A stretch of 64,000 nucleotides of DNA, taken from contig JAXJYO010000048.1 in assembly GCA_036306945.1 (NCBI GenBank), forward strand, positions 604 to 64,603. Reading direction: 5' to 3'. The stretch is from Ruminococcus sp. (GTDB taxonomy: Bacteria; Bacillota; Clostridia; Oscillospirales; Acutalibacteraceae). Each line of letters starts with the position of its first letter. Within the stretch, counting starts at the first letter, position 1. Below, one piece after another: positions 36,801 to 45,769 of this stretch. Under the pieces are notes generated by a model. The model did no database searches. It had not been told where the DNA came from and worked only from the letters and a program-made list of their open reading frames with translations. The translations under genes were made by a program, and so were the position numbers.

Positions 36801-37493
36801 TTACTCTGCTGAGTTGTCAGCAGGGGTGCATTTTTGCTTTGCAATGCAGTATTTGATTTTGATTCCCTCAGCTGAGAACATTTTTTCATGCTCGGTCTGA
36901 ATGTTGTCGGTTACATCGCTTGAATGAAGATCCCTTGTGATGTAAGTGATTTCGTATCCGCTCTGCTCAAAATATTCCAAGCTTTCTTCAAAAAGTTCGT
37001 CATCGTCTGTTTTGAAACGGATTTCAGCGTCTTTTTTGAGAAAAGTCTTGTACATTTCAAGCTTTTTATAATATGTAAGTCTGCGTTTTTTATGCTTGGC
37101 TCTGGGCCATGGATTGCAGAAGTTGATGTAAAGTCTTTCAATTTCATCGTCTTTTGTGATGATTTTATCAAGCTGTTCAACGTTATAATTCACAAGCAGG
37201 AGATTTGTGATGTCGTCCTGAGTTTTTCCGTTCTCTTCAAAAAGCTTTACGATAGTACGTCTGCCCACACCGAGCATATCAATTTTGATATCAAGTGCAA
37301 TGATGTTTTTATCGGGATTTTCAAGTGCAAGTCTGCCTGCAAATCCGCCTTTTCCGCAACCGATCTCAAGATAAAGAGGTTGTTCTTTTTTGAAGGCTTT
37401 TTTCCAATTGCCTGTGTGCTCTTCGGGATTCTTTACGAAAAAATCGCAAACCGAAAGTTCAGGCTCAGCCCATTTCTTTTTTCTGATTCTCAT
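36801..37493 (-). CDS. trmB: tRNA (guanine46-N7)-methyltransferase
   Basis: 230 aa with the pattern LEIGCGKGGF and FCNPWPRAKHKKRRL. Confidence 0.9.
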   Translation of the reverse strand: MRIRKKKWAEPELSVCDFFVKNPEEHTGNWKKAFKKEQPLYLEIGCGKGGFAGRLALENPDKNIIALDIKIDMLGVGRRTIVKLFEENGKTQDDITNLLLVNYNVEQLDKIITKDDEIERLYINFCNPWPRAKHKKRRLTYYKKLEMYKTFLKKDAEIRFKTDDDELFEESLEYFEQSGYEITYITRDLHSSDVTDNIQTEHEKMFSAEGIKIKYCIAKQKCTPADNSAE

Positions 37494-37550
37494 AGTCCCT
37501 CATTTGCGGTGCAAAACGGCGCACCACTACATATAGTTATTTACCGTATT

Positions 37551-37579
37551 ATTATATCAAATTGTTACAAATTATGCAA
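37551..37579 (-). promoter_or_regulatory. SigA-type promoter for trmB
   Basis: The minus strand reads TTGCAT (37579-37574), a 17-nt spacer containing TTGTAACAA, then TATAAT (37556-37551). Confidence 0.5.
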
Positions 37580-37619
37580 TAAATATTTTGCTGTTATGTT
37601 CAGTAAATTTACAAGAAAA

Positions 37620-38378
37620 TTAAATGAATTTAATATTATCGCTGTAAGTTGTCGATTTTGTAAAAATGATGTCGGAAAAATTATCGGAAAGTCGTTTTAT
37701 AAGAGGCAAAATTACAACATCTTCACTTTTGAAATGACCAGCATCTATAATGTTTATTCCAAGTTCGTTTCCTGCGTTTATTTCGTGATGTTTGATTTCG
37801 CCTGTCACAAGTACATCGGCTCCTATTTGCGAAGCGCAGAAAATTTCGCTTCCGCCTGCACCTGAGGAAACGGCAACTTTTTTGACCGTTTTCTTTACAT
37901 CTGTATAGCGTACACCGTTGCAGTTGAGAGATTTTTTTACCTTTTCAGCAAATTCATTTATGTCGGTTTCATTTTCAAGTTCGCCGATGAACAGACACTC
38001 ACCGGTTTCTGATTTAACGGTGTTTTTTACGCCGATAGCTTCCGCAAGGCAAAGATTTACGCCGAAAATGTCGCTCAGGTCAAGATTTGTGTGCATACAG
38101 AGTGCAGAAATTCCCTTTGAAGCAAGAAGATATGGAACATCATCACACCAAAGTCTTTTAACAGGGCTAAAAATAACAGGGTGATGACTGATAATCAGCT
38201 CACAGCCGAGGTTTTCAGCTTCAAAAACAACGTCTTTTGTGATGTCAAGAGTGACAAGAACTTTTGAGATTTCTTTGCTTTTGTCACCGACAAGAAGTCC
38301 CACATTATCAAAATCCATTGCTAAGCAGGTCGGAGCAAAGGTTTCAAAATAGTTTATAATATCATTAATCTTTGTCAT
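37620..38378 (-). CDS. Nif3-like dinuclear metal centre protein (GTP cyclohydrolase 1 type 2 homologue)
   Basis: Motifs LIISHHP and ID.GHF.SE. Start set to the ATG at 38378 (MTKINDIINYFE), overlapping the trmK stop by 14 nt. Confidence 0.85.
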   Translation of the reverse strand: MTKINDIINYFETFAPTCLAMDFDNVGLLVGDKSKEISKVLVTLDITKDVVFEAENLGCELIISHHPVIFSPVKRLWCDDVPYLLASKGISALCMHTNLDLSDIFGVNLCLAEAIGVKNTVKSETGECLFIGELENETDINEFAEKVKKSLNCNGVRYTDVKKTVKKVAVSSGAGGSEIFCASQIGADVLVTGEIKHHEINAGNELGINIIDAGHFKSEDVVILPLIKRLSDNFSDIIFTKSTTYSDNIKFI

Positions 38379-39036
38379 TGATAATCTCCTGTAGCTTTTC
38401 TGCAAGCATAGCAAAATGCACATCACCCTTTGCCTGTTTGAGAAGTCTGTTGATGTGACTTCTGACAAAGCGGAGATGCGTTTCGTCAGTATTCGGTGAA
38501 AGCTCTGCAAGGTAGTAATAAACTTCATCTCTTGCAATCAGTTCACCTGTATATTGTACAAGCAGAACCGTGTAGCATTTTTTTGATGCAATACAGCAAT
38601 CCTGCCTGAGAATTGTATAGCCGTTTTCGCAGAGCCATTTTATCAGAAATTCGCTCTTAGTCATCGGCTGGAGGATAAAATGTTTTGAACTGTCCTTTGC
38701 AAAATCACATTCGGAAAGGATTTTTGCAATAAGTTCACCGCCCATTCCTGCGATCACAATATCGTCGGCTTCGTCAGAACGAATTTCCTTGAGCCCGTCA
38801 CTCAGACGAGTGCTTACTTTGTCGCATAAATCGGCATTAATAATGGTCGTCTTGCCTCGTTTGAGAGGTTCTTCGTTTATGTCAGCGGCAATCGCCTGAG
38901 GGCACTTGCCAATACGGCACAGCCATACCGGTAAATAGGCATGGTCTGTGCCGATATCTGCAAGTTTTGCTCCGTCACGGACAAAGTCAGCGCAGAGCAT
39001 CAGTCGATTGTCAAGACGTGAATCTGAGCCCGTCAT
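38365..39036 (-). CDS. trmK: tRNA (adenine22-N1)-methyltransferase
   Basis: 223 aa with the pattern RL..CADFV......ADIGTDHAYLP. The trmK-nif3 pairing is conserved in Firmicutes. Confidence 0.85.
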   Translation of the reverse strand: MTGSDSRLDNRLMLCADFVRDGAKLADIGTDHAYLPVWLCRIGKCPQAIAADINEEPLKRGKTTIINADLCDKVSTRLSDGLKEIRSDEADDIVIAGMGGELIAKILSECDFAKDSSKHFILQPMTKSEFLIKWLCENGYTILRQDCCIASKKCYTVLLVQYTGELIARDEVYYYLAELSPNTDETHLRFVRSHINRLLKQAKGDVHFAMLAEKLQEIINDKD

Positions 39037-39230
39037 CAGCCTACAGCTTCGTTGAGTGATGAGATGAGTGCGTCAACGTCTGCACCGTGAACAGCACAAG
39101 CCTCTTCAATAGTTTCGCCTCTTGAAGCAGGACAGCCGAGGCAGTGCATACCGATGCTGAAGAAAAGCTCAGCAGTTTCAGGGTATTTGTCAAGAACATC
39201 TCCGATGATAGAATTTTTTGTGATTTCCAT
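39036..39230 (-). CDS. DUF1858-domain protein (hybrid-cluster-protein-associated redox disulfide type)
   Basis: 64 aa containing MHCLGCPASRGETIEEAC. Its stop overlaps the trmK start. Confidence 0.75.
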   Translation of the reverse strand: MEITKNSIIGDVLDKYPETAELFFSIGMHCLGCPASRGETIEEACAVHGADVDALISSLNEAVG

Positions 39231-39322
39231 TATTAAAAACCTCCATATTTTTTATATTTTCCAATGCCGTAAAACGACATTATATTAAGTATAACATATA
39301 AACTCACGTTTTAAAAGTACAT

Positions 39323-40858
39323 TTATTTTCCAGATGACCAGTATTTTCGGTCAAGGCTTCTGAACTGAACTGCCTCGAGAACGTGTGCCGAACGGATAAC
39401 TTCAGACTGTTCGAGGTCTGCGATGGTTCGAGCAACTTTCAAGACCCTGTCATATGCTCTTGCAGTTAATCCAAGGTCATTGAAGGAGTTTTTCAGTGTG
39501 TTTTCAGCTTCTTTATCTATAACGCAGACTTTTTCAAACTGTTCGGCGTTGATTTTTGCATTACAAAGAGTTTTTGAACCTTTGAAACGCTCACGCTGAA
39601 TTTTTCTCGCATCATCAACACGTCTTTTGATTGCTTCTGAAGTTTCGGTCTGCTCTTTGCTTCTCAGTTCGTCGAATTTAACGGGAGGAACTTCAACGTG
39701 AATGTCAAATCGGTCGAGAAGAGGTCCCGAAATTCTGTTCAGATAACGCTTGATTTTAATGTCAGAGCAACTGCATTTGTGGGTTTTATCACCGTAATAT
39801 CCGCACGGACAGGGATTCATTGCGGCTACGACCATGATCGAGCAGGGATAGGTGCAATTCTGACCTGAACGCGAAATCGTAATTTCAGCATCTTCGATAG
39901 GTTGTCGCAAAACTTCAAGTGCGTTGCGTGCAAATTCGGGAAGCTCATCAAGGAAAAGCACACCGTTGTGTGCAAGCGAAACTTCACCGGGTTTTATTCC
40001 GCCTGTTCCTCCGCCGCCAAGACCTACCGGCGTCACCGTGTGATGAGGAGAACGAAACGGTCGTGTCTGAATAAGACCGTCACTGTGAAGAGTGCCTGCA
40101 ATCGAGTGGATTTTTGTGGTTTCAATCATTTCGTCAAATGTCATATCGGGCAGAATTGACGGAAGTCGCTTTGCAAGCATACTTTTTCCGGATCCCGGAG
40201 GTCCGATGAGCAGAATATTATGTCCTCCGGCAGCGGCAATTTCAAGCGCACGTTTAGCTTCAAACTGTCCCTTGACTTGAGAAAAGTCGGGGATATATTC
40301 AAAACTTGATTTTATATCTTTTCTCTGCGGAGTTGCAGGATGCATCTGAACCCGATTATTTAGGATATTGCAGAGTTTTACGGTTTCGGCAACGGGGTAA
40401 ACTTCAATTCCTTCAACAACAGAAGCTTCACTTCCGTTTGCTTTCGGAACGAAAATACGCTTGATTCCACATTCACGAGCCTTGATAACCATAGGAAGCA
40501 CACCGTTTATTCCACGAATATCACCGCTTAATGAAAGTTCACCGATAAAAGCGCAGTCGGAAATATCAGTTACAATCTGACCCGTAAGTTTCAACAGCGT
40601 GATAAGAATCGGAAGGTCGTAGATAGGACCTTCTTTTTTGATATCAGCAGGAGCAAGGTTTACCGTGATGTGTGCAGACGGGATTTTAAAACCGCAGTTT
40701 TTCAGTGCACTTTTGACTCTGTCACGGCTTTCACGAACGGCAGCATCAGGAAGTCCCACCATATCAAAGGCAGGCAAACCGCTTTGCATAGACGCTTCAA
40801 TCTCAACTTTGTAGCCGTCCATTCCGTTAATTCCGAAGCTGTTGCACTTTACAACCAT
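39323..40858 (-). CDS. YifB/ComM-family Mg-chelatase-like AAA+ ATPase
   Basis: 511 aa with a Lon-protease-like N-domain, Walker A GPPGSGKS and an arginine-finger region. Confidence 0.9.
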   Translation of the reverse strand: MVVKCNSFGINGMDGYKVEIEASMQSGLPAFDMVGLPDAAVRESRDRVKSALKNCGFKIPSAHITVNLAPADIKKEGPIYDLPILITLLKLTGQIVTDISDCAFIGELSLSGDIRGINGVLPMVIKARECGIKRIFVPKANGSEASVVEGIEVYPVAETVKLCNILNNRVQMHPATPQRKDIKSSFEYIPDFSQVKGQFEAKRALEIAAAGGHNILLIGPPGSGKSMLAKRLPSILPDMTFDEMIETTKIHSIAGTLHSDGLIQTRPFRSPHHTVTPVGLGGGGTGGIKPGEVSLAHNGVLFLDELPEFARNALEVLRQPIEDAEITISRSGQNCTYPCSIMVVAAMNPCPCGYYGDKTHKCSCSDIKIKRYLNRISGPLLDRFDIHVEVPPVKFDELRSKEQTETSEAIKRRVDDARKIQRERFKGSKTLCNAKINAEQFEKVCVIDKEAENTLKNSFNDLGLTARAYDRVLKVARTIADLEQSEVIRSAHVLEAVQFRSLDRKYWSSGK

Positions 40859-40983
40859 AGAAAAATCCTCCGCAAAGTAAATTACGGTAAAATTATACCA
40901 TTATATTTACTCATTTACAAGCTTTCAATTTGACAAAAACAGACATATTCTTATAAAATATGCACAAATGTTATTATAGATAT

Positions 40984-41008
40984 TTTGTGTTTTTGCAGAA
41001 AACACAAA
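40984..41008. promoter_or_regulatory. 10-bp perfect inverted repeat TTTGTGTTTT-N5-AAAACACAAA in the divergent promoter region
   Basis: Read directly from the sequence. It lies immediately upstream of a TTGACT -35-like hexamer at 41016-41021. Confidence 0.3.
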
Positions 41009-41080
41009 TAGAATATTGACTTTTTGCAAGTTGTATTATATTATTATTTGTATAGATTATAGTTGTGTTGAGGTGAAAAA

Positions 41081-41668
41081 ATGAGCAACAGCAAAAACTC
41101 CTACGGCTCACTCTCAGACAACATTCTTGCACAGCTGTCGAAGAACGGTGACGACAACGCTTTTAATGAACTTTCGATGCGTTATCTGAGTTTGATAAGT
41201 GCGATTGCCCGCAAGTATTCAGCCGGCGGATATGAGCAGAAGGATTTTGTGCAGGAAGGATTACTCGGTTTGCTCTATTCATGCCGAACTTTTGACAGCA
41301 ATGAAAAATCAAGTTTCAAAAACTATGTGGCTGTTGTTGTTGAGCGCAGATTCATTTCAATAATACGACGTTTGAATGCTAAAAAGGCAGTTCCTCAAGC
41401 TGCCCTTGTTCAAATTGACGACGTTAACGAAACCATTGAAGACTCAACGCAAAATCCCGAAGAACTCATAATGTGCAGAGAACATCTTGCTTTAATGCTT
41501 GAAAATCTGAAGTCAGTTCTTTCAAAGACTGAGTACGATGTACTTATGTTGTTCGGAAACGGTTTAAGCTACAGAGAAATTGCAAAAAAACTGTCAATTT
41601 CCGAAAAATCGGCAGACAATGCATTGCAAAGAGCACGCAGAAAAATCTGTAACGTAGATATGTCCTGA
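41081..41668 (+). CDS. Sigma-70 family RNA polymerase sigma factor (SigH-like, regions 2 and 4 only)
   Basis: Region 2 reads DFVQEGLLGLLYSCRTFD...FKNY. The region 4 HTH reads LSYREIAKKLSISEKSADNALQRARRKI. Confidence 0.8.
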   Translation: MSNSKNSYGSLSDNILAQLSKNGDDNAFNELSMRYLSLISAIARKYSAGGYEQKDFVQEGLLGLLYSCRTFDSNEKSSFKNYVAVVVERRFISIIRRLNAKKAVPQAALVQIDDVNETIEDSTQNPEELIMCREHLALMLENLKSVLSKTEYDVLMLFGNGLSYREIAKKLSISEKSADNALQRARRKICNVDMS

Positions 41669-41736
41669 ATAGTCTAAGCGGTGCAATTCCGCACAGGGCA
41701 AAACATTTTATTATGCCAAAAGAGAGGTAAAAACCA

Positions 41737-42018
41737 ATGTATGAAGACAAGACACTCATTTGCAAAGAATGTGGAAACGAATTTGTTTTCACTGCAGGCG
41801 AGCAGGAATTTTACGCTGAAAAAGGTTTTGTAAATGAGCCGCAGCGTTGCAAAGAATGCAGACAGGCACGCAAGAACGCTGCTAAGGCAGACCGTGAGTT
41901 CCACGAAACAACTTGCGCAGAATGTGGCGGTCCTGCAAAGATTCCTTTCAAGCCAATGGAAGGCAAGAGCTATTATTGCAGCGATTGCTTTGCAAAAAGA
42001 AAAGCAGATGCTGAATAA
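41737..42018 (+). CDS. Zinc-ribbon domain protein (two CxxC pairs x2)
   Basis: 93 aa with the pairs CKECGNEF...CKEC and CAECGG...CSDC. There is a good RBS (AGAGAGG), and a strong terminator follows. Confidence 0.7.
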   Translation: MYEDKTLICKECGNEFVFTAGEQEFYAEKGFVNEPQRCKECRQARKNAAKADREFHETTCAECGGPAKIPFKPMEGKSYYCSDCFAKRKADAE

Positions 42019-42057
42019 TATAGTAATGCCTTACTACTTATAATATTTTTGCACTGT

Positions 42058-42090
42058 AAACGGTGAGCTTCTCAAGCTCACCGTTTTTTT
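42058..42090 (+). terminator. Rho-independent terminator
   Basis: 12-bp stem AACGGTGAGCTT/AAGCTCACCGTT followed by TTTTTTT. Confidence 0.8.
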
Positions 42091-42103
42091 GGTGCCTTAA
42101 GGA

Positions 42104-42144
42104 CCAAAAACAGGGCACAGGAAGAGTAAAATCTACCTGTGCCC
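42104..42144 (-). terminator. Rho-independent terminator after the C39-like gene
   Basis: 9-bp stem GGGCACAGG/CCTGTGCCC, then TGTTTTTGG on the minus strand. Confidence 0.7.
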
Positions 42145-42158
42145 AAACTTGTATAATA

Positions 42159-42950
42159 TTACGTTGTCTTAATAACTATAGCCATATTTCCTCTTGATTC
42201 AAAGACACTTTCAAATTGGTCTTTGTTATACTCCACGATTCCGTCTATGGGGTCGGCTATTGTTACCGTTGAGTCGTCATATCCGATGAGTACGGCACCG
42301 TGGTCATTGTTTGTCCATTCAATATAATCATTATCATTAATGTAATAATACTTAATATCAGTGCGATCAACCATACCTATCGTAACCCATACAACTACAG
42401 GAACACCATCGGTCACATAATCATACAGATCTGAAAATGAAACGCCTGTAATGTCATAAGCTCGAAGATTACTTCCTGTTTCTTCAAGATAATCGTTTGC
42501 GGCTATTTCGATTGCACCTGTGCCGGCAATGTATCCCATAACTGTTTCGGGGTCACCGATAAAATAATTATTCATATCGGTCCTGTCATCAACGTTTGCA
42601 TCGTTCCAATATTCTCCGTAAGATATGGTAGGCATATATTCGTTGGCAAGAGTCACTTTATCAATGTCAAAGCCGTAATACTGCAAAACCATATCCATAG
42701 CCGTGATCTCACAGCCTGTCGGAAGTTCAGGGTTCTGATAGATACACTCAAAATCCTATATCTCATAAGATGTGGGGGCAGTATAGATCTGAGTAGTTTC
42801 AGGTTCTGTGGTTGTGACCTGTGTGGTTTTAGGTTCGGTGGTTGTGATCTGCGTGGTTTCCGATACTGAGGCTATCGTGAGCTCTGTGCTTTTGCAGGCT
42901 GATAGAGTCATTGCAAGCAACAAACACATTAAACAAATTGCTTTTTTCAA
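42159..42950 (-). pseudogene. Lipoprotein C39-like (Peptidase_C39_2 type) cysteine peptidase interrupted by one in-frame TAG
   Basis: ORFs 42756..42950 and 42159..42698 are in the same frame. The read-through translation is ...APTSYEI*DFECIYQNPELPTGCEITAMDMVLQYYGF... The TAG is at 42756-42758. The lipobox is LSAC, and the catalytic-type Cys (PTGCE) lies between the TAG and the first downstream Met. Confidence 0.7.
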
Positions 42951-43170
42951 AAAAATATTCCTTTCAAAATAAAAATCATTACATTTATATTTTAATTTTT
43001 TTAACTTAAATAATCCTTAAAGTTAGTTTATATTTCCGAAATTAAAACTGTACTTATAAAATTTATCAAAACTGTCTATTTTTCGATGTACAGTTCTATG
43101 CTATAATGCAACTGTTATTAAAATTTATGGCAAAAAAGGCAGAATTTTTAAATACACTTTGGAGTGTGCT

Positions 43171-44004
43171 ATGATAAAAAAAGTTGCAGTTATTAATGAC
43201 CTTTCAGGATTTGGCAAATGCTCACTGACAGCGGCAATCGCAGTTTTGTCAGTGATGGGGGTTCAGCCCTGTCCTATGCCGACAGCGGTGCTTACAAATC
43301 AGACAGGATATAAAAATTTTCACAGCGTTGACCTCACGAGGGAACTGCCTCACTACAGTGAGATGTGGTCGGCAAACAATAAAAGTTTTGACGGAATTTA
43401 TTCGGGATATGTGGCTGGCAAAGAGCAGATAGACATAATTTTTGATTTTATCCGCAAATTCAGACTTTCGCACACAAAAGTGCTTGTTGACCCTGTGATG
43501 GGGGACAACGGAAGACTTTATTCTGCGTATAACAGCGAAACCTGCCGAAAGGTTTGCGAGCTTGCAAAGACGGCTGATATAATCACCCCAAACCTTACTG
43601 AACTCTGCATATTGGCTGATGCTGATTTTGACAGACTTACATCATTTTGTGATGATAAAAATTATCTTGAAATGATTGCAGATACAGCAAAGAAAGCTAT
43701 TTCTCACGAAAATCAGAAAATTGCCGTAACGGGAATAAAACGAGGTTTGTTCTTATATAACGGTGTATTTTCAAAGGACAGCAGTCATTTTGAAAAATCA
43801 GTTCAGCATGGTGACAGTTTTTCGGGCACAGGAGATATTTTTGCATCAATAGTATGTGCTTCTGTGGTAAACGGTGAAGGACTTGAAAATGCTGTTGCAA
43901 AGGCTACAAAATTTCTTGAAGAAGTCATTGCAGATACGATCAAAGAACCGTATGAGCGCAATGACGGAGTAAACTTTGAGAAGTTTCTATATAAATTACA
44001 TTGA
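43171..44004 (+). CDS. pdxK: Pyridoxamine/pyridoxal kinase
   Basis: N-terminus KVAVINDLSGFGKCSLTAAIAVLSVMGVQPCPMPTAVL and a ribokinase-fold C-terminus (GTGDIFAS). The ATG at 43171 lies behind a GGAG RBS. Confidence 0.85.
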   Translation: MIKKVAVINDLSGFGKCSLTAAIAVLSVMGVQPCPMPTAVLTNQTGYKNFHSVDLTRELPHYSEMWSANNKSFDGIYSGYVAGKEQIDIIFDFIRKFRLSHTKVLVDPVMGDNGRLYSAYNSETCRKVCELAKTADIITPNLTELCILADADFDRLTSFCDDKNYLEMIADTAKKAISHENQKIAVTGIKRGLFLYNGVFSKDSSHFEKSVQHGDSFSGTGDIFASIVCASVVNGEGLENAVAKATKFLEEVIADTIKEPYERNDGVNFEKFLYKLH

Positions 44005-44020
44005 TTGAGGAGACTATGTT

Positions 44021-44587
44021 ATGAACAATCAGAATGTAAAAGCAAAAAGACAGAATATTTCAAACGTGAAAGTAATTGCAATGACTGCAATGTTTGCGGC
44101 TCTTGTAACAGTGACAACAGCGTTTATCAAGATTCCGTCACCTTTGGGATATTCTCACGCAGGTGACTCAATGATTTACCTCGGAGCAAGTATTCTCCCC
44201 GGACCTTTCGGAATCATTGCCGCATCAATAGGCGGAGCACTTGCCGATTTGATTTCAGGTTATGCGCATTGGGCGTTGCCTACAGCTATGATCAAGGCAT
44301 TTAATGCGGTTCCGTTTGTAATTTGCGGTAAGATCCTCAAAAAGTATAACAAAGATAATAAAATCATCAACATTCCGAACCTTCTTATGCTCATCCCGAC
44401 AACTATGGTTACTGTGGGCGGATATTTTCTTGCAAATGGTCTTATGTACGGTTGGGCAGCGGCAATCGGAGAACTTACAACATGGTGGTTACAGCCGGGC
44501 GTAGGCGCATTGATTTATATTGCAGTCGGATTGGGACTTGATTCAATTAAATTCAAGCAGAAAATGCTTCCAAATATTATGAGGTGA
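44021..44587 (+). CDS. ECF transporter S component (putative vitamin B6 vitamer-specific, by adjacency)
   Basis: 188 aa with about 6 TM segments. The pattern IAMTAMFAALVTVTTAFIKIP...HAGDSMIYL is typical of ECF S components. It lies 16 nt after pdxK. Confidence 0.8.
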   Translation: MNNQNVKAKRQNISNVKVIAMTAMFAALVTVTTAFIKIPSPLGYSHAGDSMIYLGASILPGPFGIIAASIGGALADLISGYAHWALPTAMIKAFNAVPFVICGKILKKYNKDNKIINIPNLLMLIPTTMVTVGGYFLANGLMYGWAAAIGELTTWWLQPGVGALIYIAVGLGLDSIKFKQKMLPNIMR

Positions 44588-44591
44588 GATT

Positions 44592-45218
44592 ATGGCAAGT
44601 CAGCACGAAGAAATTTTATACGTTTACAAAAATAAAGCTTATCTGAACATTACAAACAAATGTCCGTGTGCCTGCACATTCTGTATACGCAGTAAAAAGG
44701 ATGCTATCGGTAACGCATCAAACCTTTGGCTCAATCACAGTCCGAGTTTTGAAGAGGTTAAAAAGGCGATTGATGATTTCGATTTTAACGGATATGACGA
44801 AATTATTTTCTGCGGATATGGTGAGCCGACAAGTGCATTTGATGTGCTCGTTAAAACTGCACAGTATATCCGTAAAACTCTCAATATAAAAATCAGAGTC
44901 AACACAAACGGCCTTGGAAGTCTTGAGAACGGAAGAGATATTTCCGAAGAACTCTGCAACAATGTTGATGCGGTTTCAATCAGCCTTAATTGCTCAAACA
45001 AAGAAGCCTATCTCGAAACAGTACGTCCAAAGTACGGCATAGATTCATATGATGCGATGCTCGATTTTGCAAAGAAATGCAGAAATCATACTGATAACGT
45101 GATGTTCTCGGTGGTAGATGTGATCGGTGATGAAGAGGTTGCAAAATGTCAGAAAATTGCAGACAGCCTTAACATTCCTCTGAGAGTGAGAAAATACGAT
45201 AACTCTTCTGAAAACTGA
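44592..45218 (+). CDS. Small radical SAM protein (TatD-associated type)
   Basis: 208 aa with cluster motif CPCACTFC, which contains CxxxCxxC. The NITNKC...FCIR pattern resembles the roughly 200-aa TatD-associated radical SAM family. Confidence 0.75.
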   Translation: MASQHEEILYVYKNKAYLNITNKCPCACTFCIRSKKDAIGNASNLWLNHSPSFEEVKKAIDDFDFNGYDEIIFCGYGEPTSAFDVLVKTAQYIRKTLNIKIRVNTNGLGSLENGRDISEELCNNVDAVSISLNCSNKEAYLETVRPKYGIDSYDAMLDFAKKCRNHTDNVMFSVVDVIGDEEVAKCQKIADSLNIPLRVRKYDNSSEN

Positions 45219-45314
45219 TTTACACGGATTAAAAAATGTATATTGATTTTAAGTTGAAAATAAATAATAATTGTGTTAAAATTATCAGGTATAAACCTTG
45301 AAAGGGTGTCTGAT

Positions 45315-45692
45315 ATGAAGAAATGCGATTATTGTGCAAAAGAGATTACATATTTTGATCAGTATTGCAGTGATGAATGTCACGCAAAAGCTAACAAATA
45401 CTATGAAACAGCAGAAAAATTCGGAAAGATTTTTTCAATAATTAATGCAATTTGTGTATTCGGAATTCCTGCGGGATTGTTTCTTTTGCCGTTTTCAAAA
45501 ATGTTTGGAGCTGTGATTGCAACAGTAAGCTGTGTGATTCTGGGAATAATGCTTATTTTGTTGCCGTTTCCAACTGATGATATGATTTCAAAGCACAAGC
45601 TTCAGAATGCAATCAAGAGAACAAGAATACTTGCAGTTTTAATTATAGTTCTCGGAGTTCTTATTTTGGGACTTTCGTTTATTATAAAATAA
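45315..45692 (+). CDS. Hypothetical membrane protein with N-terminal zinc-ribbon-like Cys motif
   Basis: MKKCDYCAKEI...YCSDECH followed by three hydrophobic segments. Confidence 0.55.
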   Translation: MKKCDYCAKEITYFDQYCSDECHAKANKYYETAEKFGKIFSIINAICVFGIPAGLFLLPFSKMFGAVIATVSCVILGIMLILLPFPTDDMISKHKLQNAIKRTRILAVLIIVLGVLILGLSFIIK

Positions 45693-45769
45693 TCTTGACT
45701 CTGTTTGCGTGAATAAATAAAATTTAAGCGTCAATACTATTGTCAGCAAGAATAAAGGAGGACTTTAGA

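Noticed and set aside
36924-37865. A 313-aa plus-strand ORF spanning trmB, the intergenic region and nif3.
   Set aside because: It is antisense to two well-supported genes. Its composition is F/K/I/C-rich and low-complexity, as expected for the reverse frame of AT-rich coding DNA. It has no RBS and no recognisable motif.
40859-41080. The divergent AT-rich region as oriC.
   Set aside because: I saw no DnaA boxes (TTATCCACA or close variants) and no dnaA, dnaN or rpmH genes nearby.
42756-42758. The in-frame TAG as a pyrrolysine or programmed recoding site.
   Set aside because: No pyl genes or recoding signals are visible in the window, and nothing suggests Pyl use in this lineage. A nonsense mutation or a sequencing error is the simpler explanation.
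42951-43170. A possible riboswitch in the 220-nt region upstream of pdxK.
   Set aside because: The region is extremely AT-rich with no stable conserved-looking helices. It is better explained as a promoter region (an extended -10 TGCTATAAT lies near 43098-43106).
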